Below the pieces are notes generated by a model. It was not told where the DNA came from, did not search any database, and worked only from the letters and a program-made list of their open reading frames with translations. This document shows positions 10,507 to 20,748 of a stretch of DNA of 64,000 bases, in pieces. Source of the DNA: Hormiphora californensis (taxonomy: Eukaryota > Animalia > Ctenophora); the NCBI GenBank assembly GCA_020137815.1, contig CM035358.1, positions 2,418,001-2,482,000 on the forward strand, read 5' to 3'. A program made the position numbers and the translations under genes. The number at the start of each line of letters is the position of its first letter. Position 1 is the stretch's first letter.

Positions 10507-13500
10507 ATGTCCAGGCATTTTATTGCCCACCAACAAGACACCAACAATGATGTCCCAGAAAATGAGGGAGAGGAGGAACCTGTCAGGTAAATATCAGGAA
10601 CCGACCGAAACAAGTGAACAACCAATCAGAACTCGTTATTTAGGTCACGTGACTGGTTATCAGCCAATCAGGGACCAGTATTTACTGATTCGGTCGGTTC
10701 CTGGTAAATATCGAGGGCCCTAGAGGGAGATCAGTATGTATTCAATCTCCGTCCAGCCAGCTTTGTAGCATGGTCAAACTTCCTCTTCTCCACTATTATA
10801 CCACACTATTAGTGAGTAATTAGTGTGCGTAATTTGTGCGAGTAATTAGTGTGACACTAATTACTCACTGCTAATTACCCCGCCAGGTTCAGTTTAGGTT
10901 GGGATGACGATGACGATGATATTGATGAGTTCGGTGATTTCTCCAACGTTCTCTTCCACAAAGTACCAAGTAATGAGATAGTGTATGATGAAACTCCCCG
11001 TCTTCCTAAGTTCGTTGGTGGTTATCTCCTGGGAGATACACTCGGGGAGGGGAGTTATGCTCGGGTGAGATATACATTATAGGTGAATGTTGTATAGTGT
11101 GTGTTGTTACCACTAGTAAGCCCGCTCGCCCTACGGGCGAATGTCGGGGATGGTCAATGGTCATACAGTAAACTAAGCAAATAGTGTAGTATCATTTGAA
11201 ATTTTTAAAATCAGTAAATTTATCAGGTAAATTAACCACAGCGATTCTTTCGACAGAATAACCACGGGTCCTCTTTTGTCAGGTCCTGAAGTATTTTATG
11301 AAGGAGCACATTTGCAAAATACTTTCACGTATTACTGCCATTTCTTATTAGTGCCATTGATACTTTGCTATTACGTGTGTTGACAACATTTTTTGAATAA
11401 TAATCACCTCTTTTGTAGGATTCTATCACGTAGTCTATAGGCGTCAGCGCCAGTTTGGGACATATGGCTCCTCCAAACTCGCTGGCGATTGTGTTGAAGT
11501 TGAGTAGTCATGTTCACGAAACGTGGTGAACAGGGGGTGAACAGATTAAATCGAGCAAACGATCAATCACACAACCGGCAGAGAGATGAATCAAGGATGC
11601 ACGTGCAGTTTAAGGCTCAAGCTGGCAGGTTGCCAGGGTCCCTCTAGGGACAACACGTGCAAAAGGCCATTTCCAGGAATGTTGTGCCATATTTGGTAAA
11701 AATACCATCACCCATCATTTCCCTATTTGCTTTAATAATAGTATGATGGTTACCATCGTTACCATTAATTCACTGGAGACCCGGTCTCTATCTGTATGAG
11801 AGCTATTTTGTAAGCTGCTAACCCGTCCTTTCCGTTTCAAGGGTATCACATTGTTAACCCATCTGTCTTTCAGGTAAAGGAAGCCCTGGACACAGCTACA
11901 ATACGACGTGCCGCAGTAAAGATAATGAAGAAGAAGAAGTTACGGAAGATTCCATCCGGTGAAGAGAACATGAAACGGGAGATAGCCCTTCTCCAAAAGT
12001 TGTCCAAGACACCACATCCTAATGTTATTGAGCTGTTTGATGTACAGTGTAAACCGGAGAAAGAGAAAACTTACCTGTTCATGACCTTCTGCTGTTGTTC
12101 ACTTCAGGTATGTATACAACTCTTTTATCGATCCTCTCTCACTACACACATTTCAAAATGCAAAAGAGGTTAGAACAACTCTTGATAGTGAGATGAAGGT
12201 GGTGGGTTTCAATCCGATATTTTGGGGATTCGCTACAGAGTACTCAGTATAGCCACGTTCAAATTAGATATCATATCCTATTTTATTCCTCAGGATAACA
12301 CCCTTATGGTCTACTAACATCCAACGTCTTTCCTCAGGATATGTTGGAGGGTGCCCCGGGTAAGAAGTTCCCTGTGTGGCAGGCTCACAAATACATAACG
12401 GAAACCCTCCATGGCCTGAGTTTCCTGCACTGCAAGCACATTATCCACAAGGACATCAAACCTGCTAACCTGTTACTGGATCCCTCACACACCGTAAGTG
12501 ATGACGTCATTATATTTGTTTCGTGACGTCATTATATATTTTGTGAAATTGGAGATTCCCCCGGCCCCTTCTTATCATACTGCATGACTGTAACATCATG
12601 TTCGGAGAGGGCAGTCTTTTGTGTGACAACCCCCAAATATTTGTGCTACATTTTGTAACATAATTTCCACACACAGGTAAAGATCTGTGATTTTGGTGTG
12701 GCTGAAGAGTTAGACCCGTACAGTTTCTCTGACAGCGTTAGAGGTAGTCAGGGTGCTCCCATGTTTGTTGCCCCGGAGATAGCCATTGGGATGGATACTG
12801 TTAGTGGGAGGAAACTGGATGTCTGGTCAACAGGTAACAATCTAGGGGGAATAGAACTGTTGTTACACTGCCAATAACTTTCTTTATTCTACTCCTAATA
12901 TCCCGTATTTATTCCTCTGGCTCTTGGTAGTTATAGTTACTTTCACGATCTGAGGAGTCGAGTAACCAATCTTGCCCCTACTCCTTGCAATAATATTCCC
13001 TTCTCACAGGTGTATCGTTATTCAACTTTGTTACGGGAACGTACCCATTCAATGCTGGCAATGTGTTCAAACTGTTTAAAAGAATTGAAGAGGGACAGTT
13101 TACCATACCAACAGACCTTCCCGAACCCCTTCAGGATCTGCTAGGGGTGAGTGGGGCCGGGGATTGGTATCGAAGACACCTCACACTCTGTTTCTTCTTC
13201 GCGCGTGCTGGCAAGGGGTACTTCGTAACCAAGGCCGGGGATGGGTTTTCAGAATTCAGTTCCATAATCTATACTCCGCCACTCAGGATTCGTCCATCTT
13301 ACTTTTCGCTACTCCGTCTCTATGTATGCTCCTTTCACATAACCACCTTCTTTCACAAATATATCTGTCACTGTCAAGTGTCACATTTATCCACTAACCC
13401 ACTGTTTCTCTCCAGTACATGCTGAAGTACAAGTACGAGGAGAGGTACTGCATTGAGGAGTGCCTGAATCATCGGTGGATACTCCGCAAACAATCCAGAT

Positions 13501-13597
13501 CACTCGATGAGGTGGCAATGCCCTCCAAAATAGCGCAGGTACCTTGAATTATTTTTAGATCCGACAGAAATAGAGAAGGGACGTTCTCTGGGCGTTC

Positions 13598-13649
<52 letters not shown>

Positions 13650-14205
13650 TTTCTCTCTCTCTGTCTCTCCCTAGTGTACCAGCCTAAAAGGTGCCCTTCA
13701 TGCACTACATGACGACGTGACAGAAACGACAGCTAGCATCCCCTCTCCCTGCTCCAGTCTCTCCTACTTTGAGAGCCCTCAACTCTTACACTGACTGCCA
13801 GAGAACTAGAGAGGAGAAGACTTGACTGACAGAGAGGAGTCTCTTGCTACTACACATTCGACTGATTTTGGCAGACCATCCTTACATACTACCGATACTT
13901 CAATTGACAGACATCATCTTCTAACACCAGCTGGAGCTCTTGTATAAACCTCACCACAACAGACATGACTGCAGAAAATCTCTGAATCTCAAAAAATCAT
14001 CTTACTCACTAAACAGGAGTCAACACTAATCCAGTATCTGGAGGAGCTTCATGTAGATGAACCGGAGCACTGTCACGATACCGCTCCCTCCCTCCGATCT
14101 AGTGCAGATGATGTGCTAAGCGTCAGTGGTGGGGATACAACTCGTAGTGCAGGGAGCCAACCCGGTCCCCCGAAATCGGCATCTCGGCACTGCCGTCAGC
14201 AGTAA
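10507..14205 (+). CDS. STK11: Serine/threonine kinase LKB1; exons 10507-10586, 10887-11064, 11874-12107, 12338-12493, 12677-12833, 13010-13146, 13416-13538, 14017-14205
   Basis: LFHKVPSNEIVY..GGYLLGDTLGEGSYARVKEALD..RRAAVKIMKKKKLRKIPSGEENMKREI, HKDIKPANLLL, DFG, GSQGAPMFVAPE; C-terminal CaaX CRQQ (human CKQQ). Phases are consistent. Confidence 0.94.
10595..10703 (+). mobile_element. hAT-like MITE (109 bp), TIR CAGGAACCGACCGAA, 8-bp TSD GTAAATAT
   Basis: Perfect 15-bp TIRs and an 8-bp direct repeat at 10587-10594/10704-10711; other copies at 35357-35465 and (degraded) ~44678-44778. Confidence 0.85.
11113..11746 (-). mobile_element. Non-autonomous Helitron in STK11 intron 2
   Basis: On the - strand it starts A|TCATACTATTATTAAAG and ends with hairpin TCGCCC-GTA-GGGCGA then CTAG|T. 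No TSD; removal restores GTTACCA|TGGTTACCAT. Confidence 0.75.
13675..13794 (+). CDS. STK11: Candidate alternative terminal exon of STK11 lacking CaaX
   Basis: Strong (CT)n-tag acceptor, phase 0 matching the upstream donor, 39 open codons (CTSLKGALHALHDDVTETTASIPSPCSSLSYFESPQLLH*). Confidence 0.45.
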   Translation, partial: CTSLKGALHALHDDVTETTASIPSPCSSLSYFESPQLLH

Positions 14206-14719
14206 GAAGAGAGAGAGAGAAAGAGAGAGAAAGAGAAACTCGTATATTGTGTACATTTGTTGAGTGAAGAACTTTCATTGTAAATTTTTCTGGACTTGTA
14301 ATCCCCCAATTCTCTTGTAACATACACACATCCCCCCATTGTTATACCTCTTTGTGTCCCCCCATTTTGTGTTAATATATGAACGTTATGATATATAACA
14401 TTTGGTTTTTTATCTCTCCCCCTCCCACTGGCTGCAATTGCACTCTCTTTGCACTCTCTTTTTGCACTCTGTTTTGGGTGTCTCACATTTGCTGAAAAAG
14501 TTACACCCACACTCGAGAGCTGAATTGAATAGCCCGCGCCCGCGCACAAAGGGGTCTACTGTGAATCGACCGACATATGGCTCGGCTACATACTGTGAAC
14601 ATTCAACTGAACAAATTTCTGTGCGCGCGGGGCCGCGATTGTGGGTGTCACTCAACAAAATGTACCGGGTGTTACGCCAAAACCGTGACACACTGACCCG
14701 TAACACCTCCCTTCTAGCT

Positions 14720-16890
14720 ATGACTCAACAGGAGCGGCTGAGTTTCGCCATCATCCAGCATCTCAACCACCTGACAGAGAGTGGTGCGATCAGCGGTGAA
14801 TCTGCCGAGAGTCTTTCAGGTTAGTGGCGAGAGAATTAGTTACTCAAACTAGAGCGAGAGTTTGACATCTTATCCGGTTCACTAACACTTCTCCCTCTCC
14901 CAGTTGCTGTTCAGTGTTTAACTGAATCACTAGGAGTGGACGTGAATGATGCCGTCCAGTCAGCCTCCCTCAAAGTAGACCGACCCCTTCAGACGATATT
15001 CGATACGGCCTATCCTGCACCTGTAGCACCCAAAAAGGTAACTATATTGTACCACCTTTCTTAGCCTGTCATACTGTTCTCTCTCTCGCCCTCTTTTCTG
15101 CCCATTACCCCATTTCTCTCACCAGGTTTCAAAAGATGAGGAAGCCAGAGCTGTGGGGCTCAAGGATCAGGGAAATGAGCTGATGAAGCAGAACAAATAC
15201 GAGGAAGCCATCGAGAAATACACGGCTGCAATTGATATCACTCCTAACCCAATCTTTTACTGTAACCGGGCGGCTGCTTTTTCAAAAATCCAGAATCACG
15301 ATGGGGCTGTGAATGACTCAAAGGACGCCTTGAAACTTGACCCCAACTACAGTAAAGCATATGCCAGGATGGGCTTTGCTTACTTGAATATGAACCAGTT
15401 CAAAGATGCCGAGGAGGCGTATGCAGCAGCTTGTAGGTTGGACCCTGGCAATCAGAATTATAAGGACAATCTGGACGCCGTGAGAGAGAAGATTAATGCT
15501 GGACCTACCAACCCTCTTGTAGCAGGACCTGGTAAGTTTCAAATACTTGTTTGTTATGTTTTAACCCTCCTTAAAGGGAGTTCGCGAAAAGGGGGTCGAG
15601 CTAGGCAAATACTAGTATGTCAAGTAGGCCCCGTCAACTACCAACCCATACCCAACTGCTCCCTACCTAATCCTACTGCTGGCTGGATTCGTATATTTTT
15701 CACATCATTGTGTATGTGTCATACAGTACATCATTGTAAGACTAATACAATTCTCTCCAGGTGGTATGGCGGGTATGCCTGGAATGCCCCCTGGTATGCC
15801 CAACATGGCTGGCATGGATTTCTCTCAGATCCTCAACAACCCCGCCTTCATGAATATGGCCCAACAGTTCATGCAGGACCCGAACATGCAGGCTGCCTTT
15901 GGATCCATGGCTGAACAGTTTATGTCAGCAGGTGGGGTAGCCGCCCCTGAACCTGGCCAGATGCCAGCCGAGATGGATATCAACGCTATGATGAACAAGT
16001 TAGTATATTTGTGTCTAGTTGTTGTTGTGATGAGAGGGTTATATGTCTAGTTTTTTAATCAAAATGTTCTCAACCATGTTATTAACCATGTTATTCTATA
16101 GAATGACATGGTTGGAATTCTATGAAGACGTAATATTGGGGGGGGTCCAGCCCTAAAAAAAGCTAAAGGTACCCTGATTTTGGTCGATAGCGTTTTTTAT
16201 TTTAGCTTTTTTTAGCTTTTTTTAGCTTTTTTTAGCCCTACTTTTTATGTTTTTTCAGCATTCATCTTGACACTTTTCCATTAAATTTTCATCCTTCCGG
16301 ACGTCTATTGACTGCATTTGTTCATTTCCTGCACATTTTTTACCATAATCTACCGTTTATGTCCATACATAGCAATTTATGTATCCACCCCTACTGCTAT
16401 TTTCTGGAGACATTTTTTCGATAAAAATATTATTCAAATTTGATAAAAATAGTTTTAAAAAAGTTCAAAAAACGCTATAAAACGTTATAATAAAAGTTTA
16501 AAAAATTTGGCGTCAGCGGGATTCGAACCTATATGAATCCACTAAAAACTCAATTTTAGCTTTTTTTAGCTTTTTTTAGCTTTTTTTAGCCTCAAAAAAG
16601 CTAAAAAAAAGCTAAATAAAGCTAAAAAAAGCTAAAAAAAGCTAAAAAAGCTAAAAAAAGCTAAAAAAAGCTAAAGGTACCCTGATTTTGGCCGTTAGCT
16701 TAGCTTTTTTTAGGGCTGGACCCCCCCCAATATTTCCATCGTGATTGTTTATCCAAAACTCTCTCCCCACAGCCCAGCGTTGAGACAAATGGCAGAGAGT
16801 TTCGAGGCACAGAATCCTGAAATGTTGGCCCAATTAAGAAACCAATTCCGACCTCCCACAGATGACGACAACCCTCCTCCTTCAATATGA
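14720..16890 (+). CDS. SGTA: Small glutamine-rich TPR co-chaperone; exons 14720-14819, 14904-15037, 15126-15531, 15761-15998, 16773-16890
   Basis: N-terminal dimerisation motif RLSFAIIQHL..ESLSVAVQCL; 3 TPRs (LKDQGNELMK..FYCNRAAAFSK..YSKAYARMG); LNNPAFMNMAQQFM and AQNPEMLAQLRNQF C-terminal motifs. Confidence 0.92.
16138..16728 (+). mobile_element. MITE with G8/C8 termini (GGGGGGGGTCCAGCCCTAAAAAAAGCTAA), 6-bp TSD AATATT, internal (AAAAAAGCT)n
   Basis: TIRs and flanking AATATT seen; near-identical inverted copy at 52438-53039 (TSD TAAACT); shorter relatives at 28071-28147 and 29732-29942. Confidence 0.88.
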
Positions 16891-17355
16891 AAGTCTCCTT
16901 GGTAACCCCCCTTAGAGACACAGAGTTTAGTTGCCATGGCAATAGTCTTCCCCCTGTTTTGTTACTGCACTTGTTTGATCATGTTGAAACTAAAATATGT
17001 GTTATATTATATGGTAGATCCATGATAGTGAGTAGACCTCCCTGGCTGTGAGAGAGAGAGAGAGAGTGAGTTGTCTGTTTCTTTGTGTCTACTGTCTGTG
17101 AAAAAAGTGAGAGAGGAGAGAGATAAATGTGTTCAATTATGATGATAATTTGTGAAAAAAAGTTATTTTCTGTAATTTATTTTTTCCTTTTCTGATGACC
17201 ATTTTATGATACAAAATATCCACGATGGACCTCTTATTTCCTTCCCGTACCTGCTATGATTTCCTGTCATTAACCTTTCCTTTCTAGCCCGCACAATTTC
17301 CTTTCTAACCCCCACAATTTCTTTTCTAACCCCCACAATTCCCCATGATCTAGCC

Positions 17356-19695
17356 ATGCCTCGTGTGAACATAAAGGGTGGCATTTGGAAGAACACTGAA
17401 GATGAAATCCTCAAAGCGGCCGTTATGAAGTACGGCAAGAACCAATGGAGCCGAATTGCATCCCTTCTTCACAGAAAATCAGCTAAACAGTGCAAGGCAC
17501 GATGGTACGAGTGGCTGGACCCCAGCATCAAGAAGACTGAATGGAGTAGAGAGGAGGAGGAAAAGTTGCTCCATCTTGCCAAGTTGATGCCCACCCAGTG
17601 GCGGACTATTGCACCCCTTGTGGGGAGGACGGCAGCCCAGTGTCTGGAGCACTACCAACTCCTCTTGGACCAGGCCCAGAAGAAGGACGGTGAGGTTGAT
17701 GATGCCCGGAGACTCCGTCCCGGTGAGATAGACCCCATCCCTGAGACGCGACCTGCCCGACCTGATCCCATTGACATGGATGAAGATGAGAAGGAGATGT
17801 TGGCGGAGGCGAGGGCCAGGTTAGCAAACACTCAGGGTAAGAAGGCCAAGAGGAAGGCGAGGGAGAAGCAGCTGGAGGAGGCGAGGAGGTTGGCAACTCT
17901 CCAAAAACGGAGGGAGCTCCAGGCAGCAGGGATTGAGGTGAGGAAGAAGAGGTTAAAGAAGGGGCACATTGACTACAATGCTGAGATCCCCTTTGAAAAG
18001 AAACCCGCACTTGGTTTCCATGACACCACCACGGAACAGATTGATATCAGTCACCCTGACTACAAACGGCTCCGGTTACATGACATGGATGACAAGAGGC
18101 GAGATGAGGAGGAGGAGAGGAATAGAAGGAAGGATAAACAGAAGTTGGAGGGGCGCCAGAATGCTGATGCTCCCGGTGCGGTTCGACAACTCAACAAATC
18201 TAACATGATCAACCCGACCAGAAAACGGAGTAAACTAGTCCTTCCCGCTCCCCAAGTCAGCGAGGGAGAGTTAGAGGAGGTTGTGAAGATGGGTCGGACA
18301 AGTGAGGCGATTGCAGCTGATGCCACAGCAGGAGGGGACGGTGCCTCCAACATGCTTCTCTCCAACTACACCTTTAACACACCCCAGATTGGTGCCACTC
18401 CCTCCAGAACACCCCGAACACCCGCTACCCGAACATCTATCATGACAGAGGCAGCGAACATGCTGGCACTAACCAACACTGAAACACCCCTGAAGGGCGG
18501 TGCTAACACCCCTCTTGTTGACGTTGATTTCGGAGGTGCTACCCCTGCCACAAAAGTGGCAGCTACCCCCAACACTGTTCTTGGGACTCCTGCGCTGGCT
18601 AGCTCCGTCCCGGCTACCCCTGGTGCTCCCGAAACCCCTTCCTCAGTACGGGATAAACTGAGTATAAATGCCCCAGGAGCGGGGGATACACCAATTGGTG
18701 TAGCTGGATCTGCTAACCTGAAGGCCTCACTCCGGGAAAGCCTGGCTAGTCTCCCGAAACCCGTCAACGATTTCGAGATTGTCCTACCTGAGAGTGAGAA
18801 AGAAGTGGAGGATGTGGGTGATGATCACCAGGTCCGGGCATCTCGAATCCAAGACCAGGAGATACTGGATGAAATGACAGAGGAAGAGAAGAGACGGTTG
18901 GCGGCGGAACAGTGGAAGAGAGAGAATCAGGTGATTCAGAGGTCGCTTCCCCGGCCATCTGGGATAAACACAAGTATCCTCCGGGCGCACCTGGGTGAGG
19001 TTCAATTGTCAGCACTCCAGACGGGAGAGGAGAAGATCAAGGAAGAGATGATCCTACTGCTGAAACATGACATGAAGAAACACCCTGTGGGAAGTAAACC
19101 TGCCCCGGTTGGCAATGCTCCAGATCTCCCCATTTACACTGATTCCGATCTTGAGAGGGCACGGGGACTGTTGAAAAGTGAGATGGAGACAGTTAAAAAG
19201 GGGATGAATCACGGTGATTTGACCCTGGATGCCTACACCCAGGTCTGGGAGGAGTGCTATCGTGAGGTGATGTTCAATGTATCCCAATGCAGGTACACCC
19301 GTGCTACTATGAGCAGCAAGAAGGACAAGATCGAGTTCCTGGAGAAGACCCTCGATGTAAACCGGCAGCTGATGACAAAGGAGGCGAAACAGGCGGCAAA
19401 GGTTGAGAAGAAGCTAAAGGTGACGTTGGGTGGGTACCAAGCAAAGTCCCTGGCTCTTACCAAGCAGGTTGATGAGATCAATGAACAATTGGATCAGGTC
19501 GAGATAGAGAATTACACGTACAGTAGGCTGCGGAAGACTGAACAGGATATCATTCCATATCGGGTGTCCAGGTTACAGGATCACGTGTTGCGACAGGCGG
19601 AGAGGGAGAAAGTGTTGCAGGAACGGTTCAAGAGTCTGTTGCACCTACAGAGGGATCTGACTTTAGAGATTGCACGAATTGATGCTTCTCGATGA
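17356..19695 (+). CDS. CDC5L: Pre-mRNA splicing factor CDC5-like (Prp19 complex), intronless, 779 aa
   Basis: IKGGIWKNTEDEILKAAVMKYGKNQWSRIASLLHRKSAKQCKARWYEWLDPSIKKTEWSREEEEKLLHLAKLMPTQWRTIAP Myb repeats; ARARLANTQGKKAKRKAREKQLEEARRLA. Confidence 0.98.
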   Translation: MPRVNIKGGIWKNTEDEILKAAVMKYGKNQWSRIASLLHRKSAKQCKARWYEWLDPSIKKTEWSREEEEKLLHLAKLMPTQWRTIAPLVGRTAAQCLEHYQLLLDQAQKKDGEVDDARRLRPGEIDPIPETRPARPDPIDMDEDEKEMLAEARARLANTQGKKAKRKAREKQLEEARRLATLQKRRELQAAGIEVRKKRLKKGHIDYNAEIPFEKKPALGFHDTTTEQIDISHPDYKRLRLHDMDDKRRDEEEERNRRKDKQKLEGRQNADAPGAVRQLNKSNMINPTRKRSKLVLPAPQVSEGELEEVVKMGRTSEAIAADATAGGDGASNMLLSNYTFNTPQIGATPSRTPRTPATRTSIMTEAANMLALTNTETPLKGGANTPLVDVDFGGATPATKVAATPNTVLGTPALASSVPATPGAPETPSSVRDKLSINAPGAGDTPIGVAGSANLKASLRESLASLPKPVNDFEIVLPESEKEVEDVGDDHQVRASRIQDQEILDEMTEEEKRRLAAEQWKRENQVIQRSLPRPSGINTSILRAHLGEVQLSALQTGEEKIKEEMILLLKHDMKKHPVGSKPAPVGNAPDLPIYTDSDLERARGLLKSEMETVKKGMNHGDLTLDAYTQVWEECYREVMFNVSQCRYTRATMSSKKDKIEFLEKTLDVNRQLMTKEAKQAAKVEKKLKVTLGGYQAKSLALTKQVDEINEQLDQVEIENYTYSRLRKTEQDIIPYRVSRLQDHVLRQAEREKVLQERFKSLLHLQRDLTLEIARIDASR

Positions 19696-19995
19696 GACAT
19701 ATCGTACAGAGTGTTACCAGAATGAACTGTTACCAAGAGAATTATCAGAAAAATGAAGTCCATCCCGAGCCGATACTTGAAAAAACAATGTGCTATTTTT
19801 GTTGTAAATAAAAAAGAGACTACTCTCATGTTATTGTGTGTGTTAATCTTCTGTGCCCAACTGTCAGATATCTCTAATTATCTCTATTTTATGATTGTAT
19901 TATTTTACCTAACACCTCCTTGTTTTACTCCCCTCATCCCCTACTATCTTCACCCTCTCTAACCCAACACTCCTTCCTTTAGTAGCTAACACGAG

Positions 19996-20388
19996 ATGGC
20001 CACCATCCGCACCCGTAAGTTCCTTACAAACCGGCTGCTGTCGAGACGACAGATGGTCGTGGATGTCATCCACCCTGGCAAGCCCAACCTGTCCAAGGCT
20101 GAACTGAAGGACAAACTCGCCACCATGTACAAGACTACCTCTGACGTTATCATGCCTTTCGGGTTCAAGACCGATTTCGGTGGTGGCAGGTCTACCGGAT
20201 TCGCCCTGATCTACGATAATGTCGATTCTCTCCAGAAGATTGAGCCTACCTACAGGCTCCAGAGGTTCCTCCCCAAGAAGGACAAGACCAGCGGACGACG
20301 ACAGAGGAAAGAGTTGAAGAACAGGAAGAAGAAGGTGAAGGGCAAGAAGAAGACCGAGATGGGATCGTGCAAGCGAAACGGACAGTAG
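19996..20388 (+). CDS. RPS24: 40S ribosomal protein S24 (eS24), intronless
   Basis: [62 protein letters not shown]. Confidence 0.96.
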   Translation: MATIRTRKFLTNRLLSRRQMVVDVIHPGKPNLSKAELKDKLATMYKTTSDVIMPFGFKTDFGGGRSTGFALIYDNVDSLQKIEPTYRLQRFLPKKDKTSGRRQRKELKNRKKKVKGKKKTEMGSCKRNGQ

Positions 20389-20665
20389 AAAGGGAGCTTC
20401 CGTTTTTAGACTTTCTGTTTTTATTTATTCAGAAAACAAAAGATAATGTGTTTTGACGAAGTTTTGGAGTTCAATAACTCTTGGGCACACAGTCCTACTT
20501 TCTCTCTCCCATCCCCCAGCAACTGTCGTGACAGTTTCTTTCTGAAATCGGGAAGATGTAGGACTTTGTGCCCAAACCCAATTTATATTGGGCATATTTC
20601 TATCTCTCTTGCTCTCTCTCTATCTCTCTTGCTCTATCTATCTCTAACCTCTCTCTATCTCTCTT

Positions 20666-20701
<36 letters not shown>

Positions 20702-20748
20702 TTCCCCATTATCTCCCAATTATTCTACTCTCTCCTATCCAGCAGATC

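Noticed and set aside
16508-16540. Intact tRNA gene
   Set aside because: Only a T-loop/3' fragment inside a MITE; no D or anticodon arm.
17606-19481. Several antisense ORFs over CDC5L (and over SMC5)
   Set aside because: Shadows of strong sense coding frames with no recognisable motifs.
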